DNA of 28,745 bases, taken from positions 1 to 28,745 of IMG/VR virus record IMGVR_UViG_3300046779_001453; one strand, given 5' to 3'. Below are positions 23,874-28,745 of the stretch, in pieces; the stretch's first letter is position 1, and each line of letters begins with the position of its first letter. The notes beneath the pieces are model-generated. The model was not told the DNA's origin. It made no database searches and saw only the letters and a program-made list of their open reading frames with translations. Both the position numbers and the translations under genes were made by a program. Source of the stretch: a virus. Taxonomy: Duplodnaviria > Caudoviricetes.

Positions 23874-26200
23874 TGACGACGCTCGACGACCTCAAAGCCC
23901 AGCGCCGTTGGGTTGGCTACAAATCACCGACCGACAAAGCGCCGATGAATCCGCACACCGGACGCAATGCGTCAAGCACAGACTCGGCGACGTGGGCAAC
24001 CTACGCCGAAGCGACGGCAGCACAGAAGCGCTACCGCTGGCATGGCGTCGGCTTCGTGCTGAATGGTGACGGCATCGTCGGCATTGACCTTGACGATTGC
24101 TTGACCGATGTCGACGGCGCCCAAGAGCGCAGTAAGCTCGCACGGTACATCATGGACATAGCGCAGAGCTACACCGAGGTGTCGCCAAGTGGTACCGGAC
24201 TGCACATCATTGGCACCGGCACGCTGGAGCGGTCGATTAAGGACACCATCAACAGCGATGCTATTGAGGTGTACAGCACTGGCAGATACTTCACCTTCAC
24301 TGATGATCCGCTCGACATCGCACCAAGCGACATCGGCGACATCAGCGACGCAATCAACGAAATCATGGACATGGTGGAAGCGGAGCGCGAGCGCCGTATG
24401 GCGAAGCCTGCACCCGTCGCTCGGGAGTCGGTGAGTGATGAGCACTTGGAAACGGTGTGGCTGACATGGCTTGGCCGTGTTGAGCGCATCATGCAGAATG
24501 CGACGCAGGGCAACCGCCACAACAGCCGGGTCAAGGCTGGGCGCCTGATGGGTGGTGCTTTGGCGGCGCTTCGTCAGCATGGCTACAATCCCATGAGTGA
24601 TGACCAAGCGGCGCAATACATCTACAACCTTCTGACCCCCGACAAAGGTGAACAACGCATCGAATACCGCGCCATCGAGGACGGCATTGCATTTGGCCAG
24701 CGCTCACCGCTCGAGGTGTGGAAGCGCCGACGCAGTGATGACGTCAGCGTGGCGCCAGCGATGGATGCGCCGTTGATGCACAAGGATCCTTCTGACAACG
24801 TGGCCAAAGTGCATCCGTATGAGAACACCGACGTGGGCAATGGTCTCCGCTTTGCCGATGCCTACCGCACCACGCTGGCATGGGTGCCCGAGTGGCAGAC
24901 GTGGATGCACTGGAGTGGCACGCACTGGCGACGCATTGACGACGCCACGCTCCGAGGCTTAGCGCATGACCTTGTGCTGTCGATGCACCGCAATGCCATC
25001 GCTGGTAATCAGCGCATTGACGGTGAGGCGGCCAAGTGGGCAATAAAAAGCCAAAGCACCGGCAGGATTGATGCGATGCTGGTATCAGCGCAACCATATT
25101 TGATTGTGTCATCGGAGCAGTTCGACACACACCACGACACCATCAACGTGGCAAACGGCATGGTGTCGCTGAAAGACGGTAGTGTGCGCCCGCATGATCC
25201 GACGTGGTACTTCACCAAATGCATTGCGGTTGACATGGACGACAGTGCCAGCACATTGCCGTGGCAGGACTTTCTTGATGTTATCTTCGATGGCGACCAA
25301 GAACTGATTGCATACATTCAGCGTGCGGTCGGCTACACGCTGACGGGTAGCACTGATGAGCATTGCTTGTTCTTTTGCTACGGCACTGGTAAGAATGGGA
25401 AGTCGACGTTCATGAAAGCACTCGAGATGCTGATGCAAGAGTTTGCGGTGACCACCAACGTGGAGGCGCTGCTGGACACATCGGGCGGTGGTGAAGGTGC
25501 AACGCCCCACCTCAGCCGATTGCTCGGGCGTCGTTTGGCCATTGCCCAAGAAATGCCAGAGAATCGCAAGATGAATGAGTCACTGGTTAAGAGCATCACT
25601 GGTGGCGACCGCATCGCCACACGTGAGCTGTACAAAGACATCTTTCAATTCACGCCAACGCACAAGCTCTGGATTAGTGGCAACCACAAGCCACGCATCA
25701 GCGGGACCGATGACGGCATCTGGCGACGGCTTCGCATTGTGCCGTTCACCGTGACGATATCCGAGGTTAAGCGCCGTAACCTCAGTGAGATTATGGACGA
25801 GTTCAAGCGCCATTTGCCAGGTATCTTACAGTGGGCGGTGCTTGGTGCACAGATGTGGTATCAGCAGGGGCTTCGCTCATGCGGTGCCGTTGACCGCGCC
25901 ACGTCAGAGTACCGTGGTGAAGAGGACGCGGTTGCCCGCTTTGTTGGTGATCGGTGCGAGTTACACCCTGCTGCGCACATCGACAAAGTAAAGCTTTATT
26001 TGGCGTGGAAGGACTGGGCAGAGGACGAAGGCGACCGCTCGGCGCAGATGAAGAGTCAACGGTGGCTGATGCGTCAGTTGGGTCAGCGCTTCGGCTGTGA
26101 AGGGGGCGGTGATGGGCGTCGTTTGGTCGTCGGCATTCGTTTGAGCGATGCAGATGCCATAAACGACCATGTTGCGCCCGGCGTGCGGATTATGCAGTAA
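23873..26200 (+). CDS. Primase-polymerase (NrS-1-like) fused to a D5/P4-type SF3 helicase
   Basis: GIDLDD, EVSPSGTGLH, IEVY..GRYFT; TDVGNG; Walker A GTGKNGKST; KSITGGD; GNHKP; IWRRL. Confidence 0.92.
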   Translation: MTTLDDLKAQRRWVGYKSPTDKAPMNPHTGRNASSTDSATWATYAEATAAQKRYRWHGVGFVLNGDGIVGIDLDDCLTDVDGAQERSKLARYIMDIAQSYTEVSPSGTGLHIIGTGTLERSIKDTINSDAIEVYSTGRYFTFTDDPLDIAPSDIGDISDAINEIMDMVEAERERRMAKPAPVARESVSDEHLETVWLTWLGRVERIMQNATQGNRHNSRVKAGRLMGGALAALRQHGYNPMSDDQAAQYIYNLLTPDKGEQRIEYRAIEDGIAFGQRSPLEVWKRRRSDDVSVAPAMDAPLMHKDPSDNVAKVHPYENTDVGNGLRFADAYRTTLAWVPEWQTWMHWSGTHWRRIDDATLRGLAHDLVLSMHRNAIAGNQRIDGEAAKWAIKSQSTGRIDAMLVSAQPYLIVSSEQFDTHHDTINVANGMVSLKDGSVRPHDPTWYFTKCIAVDMDDSASTLPWQDFLDVIFDGDQELIAYIQRAVGYTLTGSTDEHCLFFCYGTGKNGKSTFMKALEMLMQEFAVTTNVEALLDTSGGGEGATPHLSRLLGRRLAIAQEMPENRKMNESLVKSITGGDRIATRELYKDIFQFTPTHKLWISGNHKPRISGTDDGIWRRLRIVPFTVTISEVKRRNLSEIMDEFKRHLPGILQWAVLGAQMWYQQGLRSCGAVDRATSEYRGEEDAVARFVGDRCELHPAAHIDKVKLYLAWKDWAEDEGDRSAQMKSQRWLMRQLGQRFGCEGGGDGRRLVVGIRLSDADAINDHVAPGVRIMQ

Positions 26201-26295
26201 TGCACTAATCGATGCTTTTTACCCTAATTTTTCCTAGTGATTTCTCATGTAGGACTTTATGGAAAAATGGTCAATTAGTGCATTACTGCATAATC
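26188..26295. repeat. Putative replication origin: 22-bp perfect inverted repeat around an AT-rich core
   Basis: GATTATGCAGTAATGCACTAAT (26188-26209) / ATTAGTGCATTACTGCATAATC (26274-26295); inner ATTTTTCC/GGAAAAAT. Confidence 0.7.
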
Positions 26296-26404
26296 AGTGT
26301 TTTGGCCAGTGTTTCGAGTGATATCGTTTACAGTGTGAGTATTGTTGACAATGTCGGGGGACAATCAGCTCGATGCCCCGACCGTTGAAAAAGGAGTAGT
26401 ACCA

Positions 26405-26701
26405 ATGGACCTACAAAACCGCAGCACCGTCCTTTACCGCGCCGTTCCGCGTGGCACCATCCTCGTCATAATCCACGACCCCAGCGCCGACCACGCACAT
26501 CGTGGCTACACCGTCATGCTAGCACTCACGACGCGCGACCAGCGCTATGGATTCAGCATGGGCGTGGCGCACAGCGAAGCCGAAGCGCTGGAGATGGTCG
26601 AGGATTTGACCGATGTCGCTTATGAGCGCGCCGTGCGTGGCGGCGTCAAAACCACGCATCACACCATGCTCGAGCATCTTGTACAAGCAACGCTGTTATA
26701 A
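26405..26701 (+). CDS. Hypothetical protein
   Basis: AAGGAG SD before ATG 26405. Confidence 0.7.
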   Translation: MDLQNRSTVLYRAVPRGTILVIIHDPSADHAHRGYTVMLALTTRDQRYGFSMGVAHSEAEALEMVEDLTDVAYERAVRGGVKTTHHTMLEHLVQATLL

Positions 26702-26713
26702 AGGAGACCACCA

Positions 26714-27133
26714 ATGCGCCTGACAAAGCTCCCCCATTACCTCTGCCTCATGTGTCATCAGCACGTCGACCGCGCGATGCCAATACCCCAGCTGTGCGCT
26801 GCATGCCGTCAGCGTGGTTGGGCCGATGTGCTGGCCACCAAGGCACGGCACGTCGCAATGCTGAAGACGACGTGGGGCACGATGATCGACCACGAAACGC
26901 AAGCGCGGTTCGAGGCCGTGCTCGAAGCGTGGTCCGAGTCCAAGCTTCCGGCGCCGCCGTTGCGTCGCATGAATCAGCGCAAGGACTTTGAACGGCGCAT
27001 TGTGGCCACGGTCACCAAAGCTGACCGCTTTGCTGCGCTGGTTGAAACGTGGTACGACAGTGTCTTGACCGAAGAGGAGTACGACGCCATGATGGTGCAA
27101 GCGCAGTTTGCAGTGACGGAGGTGACGCAGTGA
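26714..27133 (+). CDS. Zinc-finger-like protein
   Basis: CLMC...CAAC; AAGGAG SD. Confidence 0.65.
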   Translation: MRLTKLPHYLCLMCHQHVDRAMPIPQLCAACRQRGWADVLATKARHVAMLKTTWGTMIDHETQARFEAVLEAWSESKLPAPPLRRMNQRKDFERRIVATVTKADRFAALVETWYDSVLTEEEYDAMMVQAQFAVTEVTQ

Positions 27134-27414
27134 TGCGAGGCCGTAAAACCGACGCCAACCAAGCCGCCATCGTTGCCGTACTTCGTGAGGTCGGCGCAAG
27201 CGTGGTGGATTTGTCAGCGGTGGGCAAAGGCGTGCCCGATCTCCTTGTTGGGTATCGTGGCCAGACCTACCTGCTAGAGGTCAAGAATCGCAAAGGGCGC
27301 AATCGCATCACGGCCGACCAAGAGGTGTTCTATGCATGGTGGCGTGGTGCCGAGGCAGTCATCGTCTACAATGAAAATGACGCATTGATGGCGATAGGCA
27401 TCACGGAGGGTTGA
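27133..27414 (+). CDS. VRR-NUC-like PD-(D/E)xK nuclease
   Basis: DANQAAIV, GVPDLLVG, LLEVK and TADQ motifs. Confidence 0.85.
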   Translation: MRGRKTDANQAAIVAVLREVGASVVDLSAVGKGVPDLLVGYRGQTYLLEVKNRKGRNRITADQEVFYAWWRGAEAVIVYNENDALMAIGITEG

Positions 27415-27632
27415 CGATGCAAGAAATATGGTCACGACAAATCGGACGCTACACCTACTACATCATCTACAGCGCCACGACCACGCGCTGGATGTTGTGC
27501 CGACGACAAGAAGACCCGAGGGACGATGACCTCGTCATCACCGGTGTCAGTAGACGCAAAGCGCCGAGCGTTGACCAAGTCATCGAGGAAATCATTGAGG
27601 AGCTAGAGGCACTGCAGGAGGGACTACGATGA
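27411..27632 (+). CDS. Hypothetical protein
   Basis: GGAGG SD (start may be ATG 27417); coupled to neighbours. Confidence 0.6.
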   Translation: MTMQEIWSRQIGRYTYYIIYSATTTRWMLCRRQEDPRDDDLVITGVSRRKAPSVDQVIEEIIEELEALQEGLR

Positions 27633-27910
27633 GATACTATCAGGAAATTGATTTAAAGTGTACGGTTGAAATTGACGGCCATGATGCACACGAATTCATC
27701 TATACATACACCATCACACATCGCCAAGACGGCGACATCTTTATGGCAACCGTCGCTGATGAGCACGGCAACGGTATCACGCTTTCTAAGCCACATGACC
27801 GCGTTGCGCTGTACAAAATGCTTCGGCAATGGGCTTATGATGATGCAGAGCGTAAAACGACCGAGTGGATCAAGGCAAATATTGATGAAGACTGGAAGGG
27901 GCCACGATGA
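27629..27910 (+). CDS. Hypothetical protein
   Basis: AGGAGG SD; ATGA coupling. Confidence 0.65.
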   Translation: MRYYQEIDLKCTVEIDGHDAHEFIYTYTITHRQDGDIFMATVADEHGNGITLSKPHDRVALYKMLRQWAYDDAERKTTEWIKANIDEDWKGPR

Positions 27911-28026
27911 CGACGATATTGATTGTGCTGTGCTGTGGTGGCGGTGTGTTGACAGCGAGTGCTGCACTGCTAATTGTGGCGGGGTTGGTGCGACGCGCGG
28001 GAGGGCGACGATGGGGAGAACGATGA
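27907..28026 (+). CDS. 39-aa membrane peptide (not in ORF track)
   Basis: MTTILIVLCCGGGVLTASAALLIVAGLVRRAGGRRWGER; ATGA overlaps at both ends. Confidence 0.55.
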   Translation: MTTILIVLCCGGGVLTASAALLIVAGLVRRAGGRRWGER

Positions 28027-28223
28027 TGAATCGCATCAAGCGACTTGCGTACATTCCGTACGTCGTGCATTTCACCGTCATCGACGATTCATGCGTCGAG
28101 CATGAGTACCGATACGATATTGTCGATGGTAAGTTGAAAATGTACCCGGTAAAGAAGCGATACAGTCAGGGGCACTGGAGAATCCAGCGCGTCAGCAAGG
28201 CCAAGCGCCGAGGAGGAAAGTGA
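28023..28223 (+). CDS. Small basic hypothetical protein
   Basis: GGAG SD; coupled to neighbours. Confidence 0.6.
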   Translation: MMNRIKRLAYIPYVVHFTVIDDSCVEHEYRYDIVDGKLKMYPVKKRYSQGHWRIQRVSKAKRRGGK

Positions 28224-28618
28224 TGATTAGTACGATGCTCGTCTGGCTTTGCCTCCAAGGCAAGTGCATTCAAGCAACGCCCGAAGCCGTCGCCGTGGCC
28301 ATGTGCGAGAGCGGTGATACCGTGACGCTCGGCACCGGATCATGGACAATCACCAACGACAACGCCGACGGCTCGACCGACGGTGGCGCATGGCAAATCA
28401 ACGACTATTGGGTGTGGAGCACTGATGACTTCTGGGTTATCAAGCCGTTCGCCGCATCGCTCGGTATGACACCGATGGAGTTCCTGCACCGCTATCCATC
28501 ACCGCAGGTCGCACCGCCTGCAATTCAGTACCTGATGTTTGAGTATCTGTGGGACGACGGCCGAGGAGCTTGGCACTGGTCAGCGTCCGAGCACTGCTGG
28601 GGCGAGGTGGTGCGATGA
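28220..28618 (+). CDS. Lysozyme-like/lytic transglycosylase-like protein
   Basis: AVAMCESG (catalytic Glu), NADGSTDGGAWQIND, terminal W...C; hydrophobic N-terminus. Confidence 0.75.
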   Translation: MMISTMLVWLCLQGKCIQATPEAVAVAMCESGDTVTLGTGSWTITNDNADGSTDGGAWQINDYWVWSTDDFWVIKPFAASLGMTPMEFLHRYPSPQVAPPAIQYLMFEYLWDDGRGAWHWSASEHCWGEVVR

Positions 28619-28745
28619 AGAAGCGCAAAGAGCCGATCATCATAGAGGGCGACATTCGAGGCACGGCATATCGCCTTGAGGATTACGGAAAAACGACGAC
28701 AAAGTTTTTGCATCTCGATGGTGCATGGTGCGAGATGTCAGATGA
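28538..28745. repeat. Terminal direct repeat, right copy
   Basis: 205/208 identical to 1-208. Confidence 0.95.

Noticed and set aside
26345-26365. Fourth copy of the short-spacer motif (TTGACA-N9-GACAAT)
   Set aside because: The spacer differs, the -10 box is poor and the GAA-SD tail is missing; it overlaps a GTCGGGG/CCCCGAC hairpin instead
27666-28022. Long N-terminal extension of ORF 27666-28223
   Set aside because: It overlaps two better-supported coupled genes; the SD favours a start at 28023/28026
1-28745. CRISPR array, diversity-generating retroelement, introns/inteins, alternative genetic code, host assignment
   Set aside because: I see no spaced repeats, reverse transcriptase or interrupted core genes, and genes read normally in the standard code; the host cannot be determined without database searches

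Overview
This window looks like a complete, circular-mapping tailed-phage (siphovirus-type) genome. The unit length is about 28,537 bp, because bases 1-208 recur at 28538-28745 with 3 mismatches. All credible protein genes are on the + strand. Modules in order: nucleotide metabolism (thyX, dcd, metallophosphoesterase); lysis (amidase, holin-like proteins); ParB-methyltransferase; terminase; portal fused to a MuF-like domain; one long head ORF (accessory domain + prohead protease + HK97-fold capsid); neck and tail genes with a -1 frameshift chaperone; tape measure, Dit, hub, tail-tip protein and chaperone; a regulatory intergenic region; early genes with two ribbon-helix-helix proteins; a primase-polymerase/SF3 helicase followed by an origin-like inverted repeat; a VRR-NUC nuclease; and a lysozyme-like protein. 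I see no integrase, CI-like repressor or CRISPR array. The most unusual signals are non-coding: (1) two tandem ~75-nt tRNA-like RNAs with Ala identity (G3:U70, ACCA) but no normal D or anticodon arm, just upstream of thyX; (2) a thrice-repeated TTGACA-N7-(-10-like)-GAA-SD motif, one copy inside the head ORF; (3) a type II hammerhead ribozyme abutting a ribosome-binding site; (4) two convergent candidate sRNAs; (5) genes flanked by duplicated gene-junction sequences. All protein calls come from motif recognition by eye, with no database search.
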